From positions 15,428-79,427 of the forward strand of contig JBQTIU010000022.1 in assembly GCA_052387815.1 (NCBI GenBank): a stretch of 64,000 nucleotides of DNA, read 5' to 3'. Of this stretch, positions 39,605 through 49,313 are shown piece by piece. Each line of letters starts with the position of its first letter. The first letter of the stretch is position 1. Source of the DNA: Pseudomonadota bacterium. Lineage in GTDB: Bacteria; Pseudomonadota; Alphaproteobacteria; CACIAM-22H2. Made by a program: the position numbers and the translations under genes. The notes below the pieces were generated by a model. That model saw only the letters and a program-made list of their open reading frames with translations, was not told the DNA's origin and did not search any database.

Positions 39605-39789
39605 CGCGCCAAGGTCCGCGGCGGCGCCAAGAAAAAATGTACATCGCCTCGGCCGAGGTGCACGACACGGCGGGCACGCTGCTGGCGGTAGGCGAGGTCG
39701 TCTACCGCTACCGGGCGGGCAGCGAGACGACCAAAGGCGTGCCGCTCGGGGAAGAAAGCGGCGAAAAGCGCAACACTTCCTTGGGCTAG
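39605..39789 (+). pseudogene. Right copy of the thioesterase 3' end (gene fragment; direct repeat of 28941..29122)
   Basis: ...KMYIASAEVHDTAGTLLAVGEVVYRYRAGSETTKGVPLGEESGEKRNTSLG*; an extra A (AAAAAA vs AAAAA) shifts the frame relative to the intact copy; no 5' part. Confidence 0.75.
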
Positions 39790-39815
39790 CCGGCCCTTCG
39801 GGCTCTTAGGGAGGC

Positions 39816-40607
39816 CTAGCGCCCCTTGAACACCGGTTTGCGCTTGGCGAGGAAAGCGCGGGTGCCTTCCCGAAAATCCTCGGTATCGAAGCAAGCATAG
39901 CCCTCTTCGAGCTCGCGCCCCGTGAGCGGGCGCGGGTCGGCGAGGCGGCGCGCGAATTTCTTGTGCCAGCGATTGCACAAGGGCGCGCCGTCGGCGATGC
40001 GGCGGGCGGCGGCATAGGTCTCCTTCACGACCTCGGCGTCGGGGACGACGCGGTTGACCAGGCCTTTCTCCTTGGCCTCGGCGGCGCCGAACACGCGGCC
40101 CTCGAGCAGGATTTCGAGCGCCGCGGCGCGGCCCACGAGGTCGATGAACGCCTCGAGCTCCGGGTAGGCCATGATCACGCCGATGCGGTTGATCGGCACG
40201 CCGAAGCGCGACGATTGGCCGGCGATGCGCAGGTCGCACATGCTCGCCAGCTCCAGGCCCCCGCCCACGCACAGCCCGTGGATCATCGCCACGCTGGGGT
40301 GGCGGCAATCGCGGAGCGCGTGCATGGCCGCATGCATCAGCTTGCCGTAGGCCGCCGCCTGCCGGGGGTCGTTGCGCATGGTCTCGAACTCGGCGATGTC
40401 GGCCCCCGGCGCGAATGCCTTCTCCCCCGCGCCGCGCAGCACGATGCAACCGACCCGGTCCTCGCGCTCCAGCCCCCGGATGACCTCGCCCAGCCGCTTC
40501 CACATCGGCGCGTTGAGCGCGTTGAGCTTGTCCGGGCGATTGAGCGTCACGGTGACGATGTCGGCGTCGCGCTCGACCAGGATGACGTCGCTCTCCGCCG
40601 CCGGCAT
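39816..40607 (-). CDS. Enoyl-CoA hydratase/isomerase (crotonase) family protein
   Basis: LNRPDKLNAL..., crotonase-fold motifs, 263 aa. Confidence 0.85.
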   Translation of the reverse strand: MPAAESDVILVERDADIVTVTLNRPDKLNALNAPMWKRLGEVIRGLEREDRVGCIVLRGAGEKAFAPGADIAEFETMRNDPRQAAAYGKLMHAAMHALRDCRHPSVAMIHGLCVGGGLELASMCDLRIAGQSSRFGVPINRIGVIMAYPELEAFIDLVGRAAALEILLEGRVFGAAEAKEKGLVNRVVPDAEVVKETYAAARRIADGAPLCNRWHKKFARRLADPRPLTGRELEEGYACFDTEDFREGTRAFLAKRKPVFKGR

Positions 40608-40612
40608 GGCGC

Positions 40613-41815
40613 CTAGCCTCGGCGCCCGGCGGATTCGCCGAGGTAGTCGAGCGCCGCCGCCGCTCCGCCCTTGCGGTGCGGCACGTTTGCGAGCCCGAGG
40701 CCCATCTCGACCCCGGCGAGCGTGCCCATGAGCATCAAATCGTTGAAGTCGCCAAGATGCCCGATGCGGAACACCTTGCCCTTGAGCCGGCCGAGCCCGG
40801 ACCCGAGCGACATGTCGAATTGCTCGAGGATCGCCCGGCGCAATTCGTCAGCGTCGTGGCCGTCGGGCACGAGCACGGCGGTGAGCGAGGCCGAATACTC
40901 GGCCGGGTTCGTGCACAGGATCTCGAGGCCCCAGGCGCGCACGGCCCGGCGCGTCGCCTCGGCATGGCGGCGGTGACGAGCGAAGACGTTGTCGAGCCCC
41001 TCCTCGCGCAGCATCGCGATCGCCTCGCGCAAGCCATAGAGCAGATTGGTCGCCGGGGTGTACGGGAAATACCCGCTCCGGTTGGCTTCGAGCATCGCCC
41101 CCCAGTCCCAGTACGAGCGCGCCAGCCGCGCCGTCCGGTGGGCGGCGAGCGCCTTGTCGCCGAGCGCGTTGAATGACAGGCCCGGCGGCAGCATGAGGCC
41201 CTTCTGCGACCCGGCGACCGTCACGTCCACGCCCCATTCGTCGTGGCGATAATCGATCGAAGCGAGCGAGGAGATGGTATCGACCAGGAACAGCGCCGGG
41301 TGGCGGGCGCGGTCGATCGCCGCGCGCAGGTCCGCGACACTGCTCGTGACCCCGGTCGAGGTCTCGTTGTGGACCGCCGCCACCGCCTTGATGCGACGCC
41401 CGTGGTCCGCGGCAAGGCGCGCTTCGAGCGCGGCCGGATCGGCGCCCGTGCGCCAGTCGCCCGGCACCATCTCGACCTCGAGGCCGAGCCGCGCAGCCAT
41501 TTCGCTCCACAGCGTGGCGAAATGCCCGGTCTCGAACATCAGCACCCGGTCGCCGGGCGACAGCGTGTTGACCAGCGCCGCCTCCCAGGCCCCGGTGCCC
41601 GAGGCCGGGTAGATGACGACCGGCCCGGCGGTGCGAAACACCGATTTGAGGCCGTCGAGGACCTCGCGCGCGAGGCGGCCGAAGGCGGGGCCGCGATGGT
41701 CGATGGTCGCTCGATCGATCGCCCGCAGGACGCGGTCGGGCACGTTGGTGGGCCCCGGGATCTGCAGGAAATGCCGGCCGCTCCGGCGGAGGTTGGCGTG
41801 GGCGTCTGGGGGCAT
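40613..41815 (-). CDS. Class V aminotransferase (serine-glyoxylate / alanine-glyoxylate aminotransferase-like)
   Basis: MPPDAHANLRRSGRHFLQIPGPTNVPDRVLRA..., SQKGLMLPPGLSF (PLP lysine), ~400 aa. Start ATG complement 41815..41813 inside listed ORF 40613..42166. Confidence 0.85.
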   Translation of the reverse strand: MPPDAHANLRRSGRHFLQIPGPTNVPDRVLRAIDRATIDHRGPAFGRLAREVLDGLKSVFRTAGPVVIYPASGTGAWEAALVNTLSPGDRVLMFETGHFATLWSEMAARLGLEVEMVPGDWRTGADPAALEARLAADHGRRIKAVAAVHNETSTGVTSSVADLRAAIDRARHPALFLVDTISSLASIDYRHDEWGVDVTVAGSQKGLMLPPGLSFNALGDKALAAHRTARLARSYWDWGAMLEANRSGYFPYTPATNLLYGLREAIAMLREEGLDNVFARHRRHAEATRRAVRAWGLEILCTNPAEYSASLTAVLVPDGHDADELRRAILEQFDMSLGSGLGRLKGKVFRIGHLGDFNDLMLMGTLAGVEMGLGLANVPHRKGGAAAALDYLGESAGRRG

Positions 41816-41916
41816 GAGTCGCAGTGTCCACAGCAAGTTGAGACGTCCGGGATTTGTAGCACATCGGATGTCCCTGGCGTTACCGATGTCCGGGAGCCGC
41901 CCGCCGCGCGCTAGCG

Positions 41917-41945
41917 CTGACCCTCGCCGATCGAGGGTGTATAAT
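41917..41945 (+). promoter_or_regulatory. Sigma-70-like promoter (-35 CTGACC, 17-bp spacer, -10 TATAAT) facing the upstream ORF and FAD/Fe-S oxidoreductase
   Basis: Perfect TATAAT at 41940..41945, which is unusual in this GC-rich context, with CTGACC 17 bp upstream. Confidence 0.4.
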
Positions 41946-41984
41946 TCGCCCGCCACGCCGTTTGGCTGCCGCCGGAGGCCCCGC

Positions 41985-42089
41985 ATGTCGCGCCTAGTGA
42001 TCGCCGCCGTCCTCGCCCTCGCCCGGTCGACGCCCGCCGGCGCCAAGGCGCCGCGCGGGCCGCTGGCGGTCTCGGCCAGCTTCGAGTAG
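41985..42089 (+). CDS. Candidate 34-codon upstream ORF / leader peptide (MSRLVIAAVLALARSTPAGAKAPRGPLAVSASFE)
   Basis: GGAGG 9 nt upstream of ATG 41985. Stop is 8 nt before the ATG of the large oxidoreductase, which itself lacks a Shine-Dalgarno. Signal-peptide-like hydrophobic core. Different frame from the downstream gene. Confidence 0.3.
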   Translation: MSRLVIAAVLALARSTPAGAKAPRGPLAVSASFE

Positions 42090-42097
42090 CCGCAACC

Positions 42098-45055
42098 ATG
42101 GCGCCCGCCGGCGCTCCCACCTCGGCCGCCCGGATTCACCCCGGCGACGGCGCGCTCGCCCGGCACCTCGGCCGCGAGCTGGCGGGCGAGGTGTTGTTCG
42201 ACGCCTTCTCGCGCGGCCGCTATTCAACCGACGCCTCGATCTACCAGATCGAGCCGATCGGCGTGGTCGTGCCGGCGCGCGTCGAGGACATCGAAGCCGC
42301 GATCGCGATCGCGCGCCAGCACGGCGTGCCGGTCTTGCCCAGGGGCGGCGGCACCTCGCAAGGCGGCCAGACGGTCGGCCGGGCGCTGGTGATCGACACC
42401 TCGAAGCACCTGAACCGCCTGATCGATATCGATCCCGCACGGCGCATCGCGCGGGTCGAGCCGGGGCTGACCCTCGATGCCTTGAACCGCAAGCTCAAGC
42501 CCCACGGCCTGTTCTTTCCGGTCGACATCTCGACCGGCAGCCGCGGCACGCTGGGCGGCATGGCCGGCAACAATTCCTGCGGCGCGCGCTCGATCCGCTA
42601 CGGCAACATGGTCCACAACGTGCGCTCGATCGACGCCGTGTTGGCCGACGGGACGCTCGCCTGCTTCGGCGAGGTGCCCGAGGCCCTCGACGGGCTCGTG
42701 GCCCCACGGCGCTATGTTGAGCTGGTCCGCACCCTGCGCGGGCTCGCCGAGGGCGTCGCCGACGAGTTCGCCTCCGAGCGCTGGCCGCGCCTGTTGCGCC
42801 GGGTCGGCGGCTACAACCTCGACATGATCCGCCCGCACGCCGTTCCGGGCCTCGGCCGCAACGAGCCCGGCCACAACCTGGCCAAGCTGTTGGTCGGCTC
42901 CGAGGGCACGCTTGGCTTCTTCACCCGGCTCGAGCTCGCGCTCGCGCGCATCCCTCCGGCGCGGATGCTCGGCGTCTGCCACTTTCCGACGTTCTACGAA
43001 GCGATGGACGCCACGCGCCATATCGTCGCGCTCGACCCGAGCGCGGTCGAGCTCGTCGATCGGACGATGATCGAGCTCGCCCGCGACATCGCCATGTTCC
43101 GGCCGATCGTCGAACGCTTCGTCAAGGGCGAGCCCGCGGCCATCCTGCTGGTCGAGTTCGCCGGCGAGGAGCTCGAGGTCCAGAGACGCAAGCTCGCCGA
43201 CCTGGTGGCGCTGATGGCCGAGCTCGGGTTCGCGGGCGCCGTCGTCGAGGCCGTGGACTCCGCCTTGCAGACCGCGATCTGGGAGGTTCGCAAGCAGGGC
43301 CTCAACATCATGATGTCGATGAAAGGCGACAGCAAACCCGTATCCTTCATCGAGGATTGCGCGGTCGCCCTCGACGACCTCGCCGAGTACACGCGGCGGA
43401 TCGACGAGGTGTTCCGCAAGCACGGGACCACCGGCACCTGGTACGCGCATGCCTCGGTCGGCACGCTGCACGTGCGCCCGATCCTTGCCCTCAAGGACCC
43501 CGACGAGGTCAAGAAGATGCGCGCCATCGCCGAAGAGACCTTCGCCATCGTGCGCGCGTACAAGGGCTCGCATTCGGGCGAGCACGGCGACGGCCTGGTG
43601 CGCTCCGAATTCCACGAGCGGATGTTCGGGGCGCGCATCGTGCGCGCCTTCGAGGCGGTCAAGGACGCCTTCGACCCCGACGGCCTGTTCAACCCCGGTA
43701 AGATCGTCCGGCCGCCGCGCATGGACGACCGCACGCTGTTCCGCTACCGGCCGGGCTACCAGGCCCTGCCGCTCAAGACCGCGCTCGACTGGTCGGCCTG
43801 GGGCGGATTCCCGGCCGCGGTCGAGATGTGCAACAACAACGGCGAGTGCCGCAAATCCGATCCCGGCGTGATGTGCCCGTCCTACCGCGCCACCGGCGAC
43901 GAGCAGCACCTGGTGCGGGGGCGCGCCAACACGCTGCGCCTGGCATTGACCGGGCAGCTCGGCCCCGACGCCCTGGTCTCCGACGCGATGTGGGAGACCA
44001 TGGATCTGTGCGTCGCCTGCAAGGGCTGCAAGCGCGAATGCCCGACCGGCGTCGACCTGGCGCGCATGAAGATCGAGTTCCGCCACGCCTGGAACCGGCG
44101 CCACGGGCTCAAGCTCCGCCAGCGCCTCGTCGCCTACCTGCCGCGCTACGCCAAGGTGGCGGCGCGCCTCGCGCCGGTCCTCAATCTGCGCGACCGCTGG
44201 CGGGTCCTCGCCCAGGCGTCGGAACGGGTCCTCGGCCTGAGCGCCCGGCGCACCCTGCCGGCTTGGCGACGGGACACCTTCCGCGCCGAAGGGGCGCCGG
44301 GGCCTGGGGATCGCGAGGTCGTGCTGTTCGCGGACACCTTCAACAACTATTTCGAGCCCGAGAACCTGCGCGCGGCGGTCAAGGTCCTGGGCGCCGCGGG
44401 CTACGCCGTCGTTGTGCCCAAAGCGGCCGACGGCAAGGGCGCTCGGCCGTTGTGCTGCGGGCGGACGTTCCTCGCCGAGGGCCTGGTCGAGGAGGCGCGC
44501 GCCGAGGCGCGGCGCGTGCTGGCGGCGCTCGGGCCCTATGTCGCGCGGGGCGTTCCGATCGTCGGGCTCGAGCCCGCCTGTCTGTTCACCCTGCGCGACG
44601 AGTTCCTCGCCATGCTGCCCGGCCCCGAGACCGAGGCGCTCGCGGGCCGGGCCCTCATGTTCGAGGAGTTCCTCGCCGCCGAGCACAAGGCCGGCCGCTT
44701 GGGCGCGCTCAAGCTCAAGGCCCTCCCCGAGCCGCGCTGCCTCGTCCACGGCCACTGCCACCAGAAGGCGTTCGGCGCGATGGACGCGGCCTTGACGGCG
44801 CTCAAATTCGTCCCCGGCCTCAAGGTCGAGGTCATCGAGTCGAGCTGCTGCGGCATGGCCGGCGCCTTCGGCTACGAGGCCGGGCACTACGACATCTCGA
44901 TGAAGATGGCGGAGTTGTCGCTGCTGCCGGCGGTCCGCGCGGCCGGCGATGTGCTTCTGGTCGCCGACGGGACGAGCTGCCGCCACCAGATCGAGGACGG
45001 CGCCGGCCGTCGGGCGATCCACGCCGCCCGCGTGCTCGAACGGGCGCTCATCTGA
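42098..45055 (+). CDS. FAD-binding (FAD-linked oxidase) plus Fe-S (CCG-domain) fusion oxidoreductase, glycolate-oxidase/D-lactate-dehydrogenase superfamily
   Basis: N-terminal FAD_binding_4 ([32 protein letters not shown]), two C-terminal CxxCxxC clusters ([14 protein letters not shown]; later cysteine-rich CCG repeats), 985 aa. Confidence 0.85.
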   Translation: MAPAGAPTSAARIHPGDGALARHLGRELAGEVLFDAFSRGRYSTDASIYQIEPIGVVVPARVEDIEAAIAIARQHGVPVLPRGGGTSQGGQTVGRALVIDTSKHLNRLIDIDPARRIARVEPGLTLDALNRKLKPHGLFFPVDISTGSRGTLGGMAGNNSCGARSIRYGNMVHNVRSIDAVLADGTLACFGEVPEALDGLVAPRRYVELVRTLRGLAEGVADEFASERWPRLLRRVGGYNLDMIRPHAVPGLGRNEPGHNLAKLLVGSEGTLGFFTRLELALARIPPARMLGVCHFPTFYEAMDATRHIVALDPSAVELVDRTMIELARDIAMFRPIVERFVKGEPAAILLVEFAGEELEVQRRKLADLVALMAELGFAGAVVEAVDSALQTAIWEVRKQGLNIMMSMKGDSKPVSFIEDCAVALDDLAEYTRRIDEVFRKHGTTGTWYAHASVGTLHVRPILALKDPDEVKKMRAIAEETFAIVRAYKGSHSGEHGDGLVRSEFHERMFGARIVRAFEAVKDAFDPDGLFNPGKIVRPPRMDDRTLFRYRPGYQALPLKTALDWSAWGGFPAAVEMCNNNGECRKSDPGVMCPSYRATGDEQHLVRGRANTLRLALTGQLGPDALVSDAMWETMDLCVACKGCKRECPTGVDLARMKIEFRHAWNRRHGLKLRQRLVAYLPRYAKVAARLAPVLNLRDRWRVLAQASERVLGLSARRTLPAWRRDTFRAEGAPGPGDREVVLFADTFNNYFEPENLRAAVKVLGAAGYAVVVPKAADGKGARPLCCGRTFLAEGLVEEARAEARRVLAALGPYVARGVPIVGLEPACLFTLRDEFLAMLPGPETEALAGRALMFEEFLAAEHKAGRLGALKLKALPEPRCLVHGHCHQKAFGAMDAALTALKFVPGLKVEVIESSCCGMAGAFGYEAGHYDISMKMAELSLLPAVRAAGDVLLVADGTSCRHQIEDGAGRRAIHAARVLERALI

Positions 45056-45086
45056 GCCGGCCTCCCACATCCGCACGGAAGACCCC

Positions 45087-45773
45087 TTGAGCCCCGAGGA
45101 AATCGCCCGCACCACCGCCCGCATCCTCATCGAGGTGAAGGCGGTCCATTTCAATACCGCCAAGCCCTACATCTTCACCTCGGGCTGGGCGAGCCCGACC
45201 TACATCGACTGCCGCCGGCTGATCTCCTTCCCCCGCGCCCGCACCAGGCTCATCGACATGGCGATCCGGACCATCGAGCGCGGGGTCGGCTTCGAGGCGA
45301 TCGACGCGGTGGCCGGCGGCGAGACAGCCGGCATTCCCTTCGCCGCCTGGATCGCCGACCGGCTGGCCCTGCCGATGCTCTACGTGCGCAAGAAGCCCAA
45401 GGGCTTCGGCCGCAACACCCTGATCGAGGGCGCGCTCGAGCCGGGGGCGCGCGTGCTCTTGGTCGAGGACCTCGCCACCGACGGCAGGAGCAAGCTCGGG
45501 TTCTGCAAGGGTCTCAGGGAGGCCGGCGCCGAAGTCGAGCACGCCTTCGTGCTGTTCCATTACGGCATCTTCCCCGAAAGCACCGAGGGCATGGCCGCGA
45601 TCGGGGTCAAGCTGCATGCGCTGGCGACCTGGTGGGATGTCTTGCGGCTGGCCGAGGAAGGCGGCCATTTCGACCCAGCCGAGCTCGCCGAAGTGCGCAA
45701 GTTCCTCGAACGCCCGGCCGAGTGGTCGGCCGCGCACGGCGGCGCCGATCAGCCGGCCCCGCCCCGCCCCTGA
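45087..45773 (+). CDS. pyrE: Orotate phosphoribosyltransferase
   Basis: [30 protein letters not shown]..., PRPP-binding [11 protein letters not shown]; start uncertain (TTG 45087 proposed; listed ORF starts upstream and overlaps the previous gene). Confidence 0.75.
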   Translation: MSPEEIARTTARILIEVKAVHFNTAKPYIFTSGWASPTYIDCRRLISFPRARTRLIDMAIRTIERGVGFEAIDAVAGGETAGIPFAAWIADRLALPMLYVRKKPKGFGRNTLIEGALEPGARVLLVEDLATDGRSKLGFCKGLREAGAEVEHAFVLFHYGIFPESTEGMAAIGVKLHALATWWDVLRLAEEGGHFDPAELAEVRKFLERPAEWSAAHGGADQPAPPRP

Positions 45774-45786
45774 GCCGCGGCCGGGC

Positions 45787-46620
45787 ATGCCCAGGTTCGC
45801 GGCCAACATCTCGCTGATGTTCAACGAGTGGGCGCCGCTCGACCGCCTGGCGGCGGCACGCGATGCCGGGTTCGCGGCGGTCGAGATGCAGTTCCCCTAT
45901 GCGATCCCGCTCGACGACTTCGCCCGGGCGCGCGAGCGCGCCCAAGTCGAGGTCGCGCTGATCAACATTCCGGCCGGCGAGCGGGCGAAGGGCGATGTCG
46001 GCCTCGGCGCCCTGCCCGGCCGCCGCGCCGAACTCGGCGCCGGCATCGCAGAGGCGCGGCGCTACGCCGAAGCGCTCGGCGTCAAACGGGTGAACCTCCT
46101 GGCAGGCGCCCCGGAGCGGGGCGCCGATCTGGCGCGCTGCCGCGCGACACTCGTCGACAACATGCGCGCCGCCGCCGCCGAGATGGCGGAGATCGGGGCC
46201 GTCGTGTGCATCGAGGCGATCAACACCCGCGACGTGCCGGGCTTCTTCGTCACCGGCAGCGAGCAGGCGATCGCGCTCATCGACGAGGCCGGCGTCCCCA
46301 ACCTCGCCCTCCAGTACGACGTCTACCACATGCAGATCATGGAGGGCGACCTGATCGGGACGCTCACCCGCCTTCGCGCCCGCATCGGCCACATTCAGTT
46401 CGCCGATACCCCGGGCCGGCACGAGCCCGGTACCGGCGAGATCGATTTCGCCGATGTCTTCGCCGCCCTCGACCGCATCGGCTACGCCGGCTGGCTCGGC
46501 GCCGAGTATCGCCCGAGCGGGGCGACCCTCGCCAGCCTCGGCTGGTTCCAAGCCTGGCGGCAGGCCGCCGCGACGGGATTAGCGGCTGTCCGATCCTTCA
46601 CCGGCCTGGAATCCTGTTAA
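45787..46620 (+). CDS. Hydroxypyruvate-isomerase-family (xylose-isomerase-like TIM barrel) protein
   Basis: MPRFAANISLMFNEWAPLDRLAAARDAGFAAVE..., Hyi/OtnI-like, 277 aa; ATG 45787 inside listed ORF 45616..46620. Confidence 0.8.
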   Translation: MPRFAANISLMFNEWAPLDRLAAARDAGFAAVEMQFPYAIPLDDFARARERAQVEVALINIPAGERAKGDVGLGALPGRRAELGAGIAEARRYAEALGVKRVNLLAGAPERGADLARCRATLVDNMRAAAAEMAEIGAVVCIEAINTRDVPGFFVTGSEQAIALIDEAGVPNLALQYDVYHMQIMEGDLIGTLTRLRARIGHIQFADTPGRHEPGTGEIDFADVFAALDRIGYAGWLGAEYRPSGATLASLGWFQAWRQAAATGLAAVRSFTGLESC

Positions 46621-46657
46621 GATCGCTGCGCTCCCTTGCGCGCCAAGGAGGGAAAAG

Positions 46658-48328
46658 ATGCGCGTGGCAACCTTGCATCTGTTCGCGGCGGCCGTTGTCG
46701 CATGGGGCCTGGGCGCGCCCGCGGCCGGCGCCAAGGACGAGCTCGTCATCGGAATGACCCAGTTCCCCTCCACCTTCAATCCCAACATCGACGCCATGCT
46801 CGCCAAGACCTATGTGCTGGCGATGACGCGCCGCCCGTTGACCGCCTATGACAAGCACTGGAAGCTCATCTGCCTGCTGTGCACCGAGCTGCCGACCATC
46901 GAGAACGGGCTCGCCAAGCCGTTCGAGGTCGGCGACGGCAAGCACGGCATCGCCGTCACCTACACGATCCAGCCCGGCGCCACCTGGGGCGACGGGGTGC
47001 CGGTGACGACCGAGGACGTGCTGTTCACCTGGGAGGTCGGGCGCCATCCCAAGACCGGGGTCAGCGACATGGAGCTCTACCGCCGCATCGTCAAGATCGA
47101 TGTCCACGACCGGAAGACCTTCACCCTCCATGTCGACAAGCTCACCTTCGAATACAACGCCGTCAACGATTTCGATCTGCTGCCGGCCCATGTCGACCGG
47201 CGTCATTTCGCCGACCCGGAGAATTACCGGCGGCGGACGGCCTACGATTCCGACACCGTCAACCCCGGGCTCTATTTCGGCCCCTACCGCATCGTCGAGG
47301 TCGTCCCAGGCGCGCACATCGTGCTCGAACCCAATGCGACCTGGTACGGAGCGAAGCCGCATTTCAAACGCATCGTCGTCCGCGTGATCGAGAACACGGC
47401 GGCGCTCGAGGCCAACCTGTTGTCCGGGTCCATCGACTACATCGCCGGCGAGCTCGGCCTGTCGCTCGACCAGGCCTTGGCCTTCGAGAAGCGGCACGGC
47501 CCCCGCTTCGACATCCAATACAAGGCCGGCCTCATCTACGAGCACATCGACCTCAACCTCGACCAGCCGACGCTCAGGGACCGGCGGGTCCGCCGCGCCC
47601 TCCTCCATGCGCTCGACCGCGAGACGCTGAGCCGCCAGCTTTTCGAGGGCAAGCAGCCGGTCGCCCATTCCTTCGTCAGCCCGCTCGACTGGATATCCGT
47701 CGACGATCTCCCCAAATACGCCTACGACCCGGCCCGCGCCGCCTCGCTTCTCGACGAGGCCGGGTGGTCGTCGATCAAGGGCGGCTTGCGCCACAACCAG
47801 GCCGGCGAGCGCCTGGCCTTCGAGCTCATGACCACGGCCGGCAACCGGACCCGCGAGACCGTGCAGCAGGTCCTGCAGAGCCAGTGGCGCAAGGTCGGCA
47901 TCGACGTGCGGTTGCGCAACGAGCCGGCGCGGGTGTTCTTCGGCGACACCGTGCGCCAGCGCAAGTTCCCCGCCATGGCGATGTTCGCCTGGATCAGCAG
48001 CCCGGAGAACGTGCCGCGCTCGACCCTCCATTCCGAGCACATCCCGGCGTCCGACAACAATTTCGCCGGCCAGAACTACACCGGCTTCCGCAACGCCGAG
48101 ATGGATTCGCTGATCGAGCGCATCGAGGTCGAGCTCGATCGCGACCGGCGCCGCGCCTTGTGGCGCCGGGCGCAGGAGATCTACATCGCGGAGCTGCCGG
48201 TCCTGCCCCTCTATTTCCGCGCCGACGCCTTCATCGTCCCGAAATGGCTGGCCGGCATCGAACCCACCGGGCACCAGGGGGTGACGACGCTGTGGGTCGA
48301 GCAGTGGCGCCCGCGCCCCTCGCCGTAG
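46658..48328 (+). CDS. ABC transporter substrate-binding protein, family 5 (peptide/opine type)
   Basis: Signal peptide, SBP_bac_5 architecture, 556 aa. Confidence 0.85.
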   Translation: MRVATLHLFAAAVVAWGLGAPAAGAKDELVIGMTQFPSTFNPNIDAMLAKTYVLAMTRRPLTAYDKHWKLICLLCTELPTIENGLAKPFEVGDGKHGIAVTYTIQPGATWGDGVPVTTEDVLFTWEVGRHPKTGVSDMELYRRIVKIDVHDRKTFTLHVDKLTFEYNAVNDFDLLPAHVDRRHFADPENYRRRTAYDSDTVNPGLYFGPYRIVEVVPGAHIVLEPNATWYGAKPHFKRIVVRVIENTAALEANLLSGSIDYIAGELGLSLDQALAFEKRHGPRFDIQYKAGLIYEHIDLNLDQPTLRDRRVRRALLHALDRETLSRQLFEGKQPVAHSFVSPLDWISVDDLPKYAYDPARAASLLDEAGWSSIKGGLRHNQAGERLAFELMTTAGNRTRETVQQVLQSQWRKVGIDVRLRNEPARVFFGDTVRQRKFPAMAMFAWISSPENVPRSTLHSEHIPASDNNFAGQNYTGFRNAEMDSLIERIEVELDRDRRRALWRRAQEIYIAELPVLPLYFRADAFIVPKWLAGIEPTGHQGVTTLWVEQWRPRPSP

Positions 48329-48332
48329 CGAC

Positions 48333-49313
48333 ATGATCCGCTACCTCGTCGACCGAGCCCTCCAGGGCCTCATCGTCCTGGTCATGATGTCGTTCGCCAT
48401 CTACACGCTCATCGGGCTGATGCCCGGCGACCCCATCGACCTGATGATCAGCGCCAACCCGAAGCTGACCGCGGCCGACGCCGAGCGGCTGCGCCAAATC
48501 CACGGCATCGACCGGCCGATCCTCGAGCGCTATGCCGCGTGGGCGCGCGCCGCGCTCGACGGCGATTTCGGCTACAGCCGCACCTATTCCCAGCCGGTGT
48601 TCGCCGTCCTCGGGCCGCGCCTTGCCAATACGGCGGCGCTCATGCTCGCCGCCTTCGCCCTCGCGCTCGCCCTCGGCCTGCCGGCCGGCATCCTCGCCGC
48701 GACGCGGCCCGGCACCAGGTTCGATCAAGCCATCAATATGTTCTGCTTCCTGTCGGTCTCGGTGCCGACCTTCTGGCTCGCCCTGCTGCTGATCATCGTG
48801 TTCGCGGTGGCGCTCGGCTGGCTGCCGGCGAGCGGGTTCGGCACGCCCGGGCGGAGCGGATTTTGGGACACCGCTCGCCATCTCGTGTTGCCGGTGACGA
48901 CGCTGGCGCTGGTCGAGGCCGGCGGCTACGCGCGCTACATGCGGGCCTCGATGCGCGAGGCCTTGCGCCAGGACTGGATCCGCACCGCCCGCGCCAAGGG
49001 GGCGGGCGAGGCGCGCGTCGTCCTTCGCCACGCGCTCGGCAATGCCATGATCCCGGTGGTGACGATCATGGCGCTCTCGTTCGGCACGCTGTTTTCGGGC
49101 GCGCTCGTCACCGAGACCATGTTCGCCTATCCCGGCATGGGCAAGCTCATCTTCGATTCGGTGATGGGCAACGACTACAACCTGGCGCTGGTCTCTTTGC
49201 TCTTCGCCACGCTGCTCACGCTGGCGGGCAATCTCGGCGCCGACCTCGCCTATGTGGCGCTCGACCCGCGCATCTCGCTGGTGGCGCGCGGCAGAGGCGG
49301 AGGGATGGCATGA
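48333..49313 (+). CDS. ABC transporter permease (DppB/OppB type)
   Basis: MIRYLVDRALQGLIVLVMMSFAIYTL... canonical DppB N-terminus, 326 aa. Confidence 0.85.
   Translation: MIRYLVDRALQGLIVLVMMSFAIYTLIGLMPGDPIDLMISANPKLTAADAERLRQIHGIDRPILERYAAWARAALDGDFGYSRTYSQPVFAVLGPRLANTAALMLAAFALALALGLPAGILAATRPGTRFDQAINMFCFLSVSVPTFWLALLLIIVFAVALGWLPASGFGTPGRSGFWDTARHLVLPVTTLALVEAGGYARYMRASMREALRQDWIRTARAKGAGEARVVLRHALGNAMIPVVTIMALSFGTLFSGALVTETMFAYPGMGKLIFDSVMGNDYNLALVSLLFATLLTLAGNLGADLAYVALDPRISLVARGRGGGMA

Noticed and set aside
39788-39812. Small GCCC-TTC-GGGC hairpin between the thioesterase fragment and enoyl-CoA hydratase stops
   Set aside because: Only a 4-bp stem; too weak to call a bidirectional terminator.
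45787-46620. Idea that the Hyi-family isomerase together with the epimerase-family dehydrogenase at 13670..14668 marks a four-carbon acid-sugar (erythronate/threonate) pathway
   Set aside because: The two genes are 30 kb apart and the kinase and aldolase expected for that pathway are not in the window; too speculative to report as a finding.
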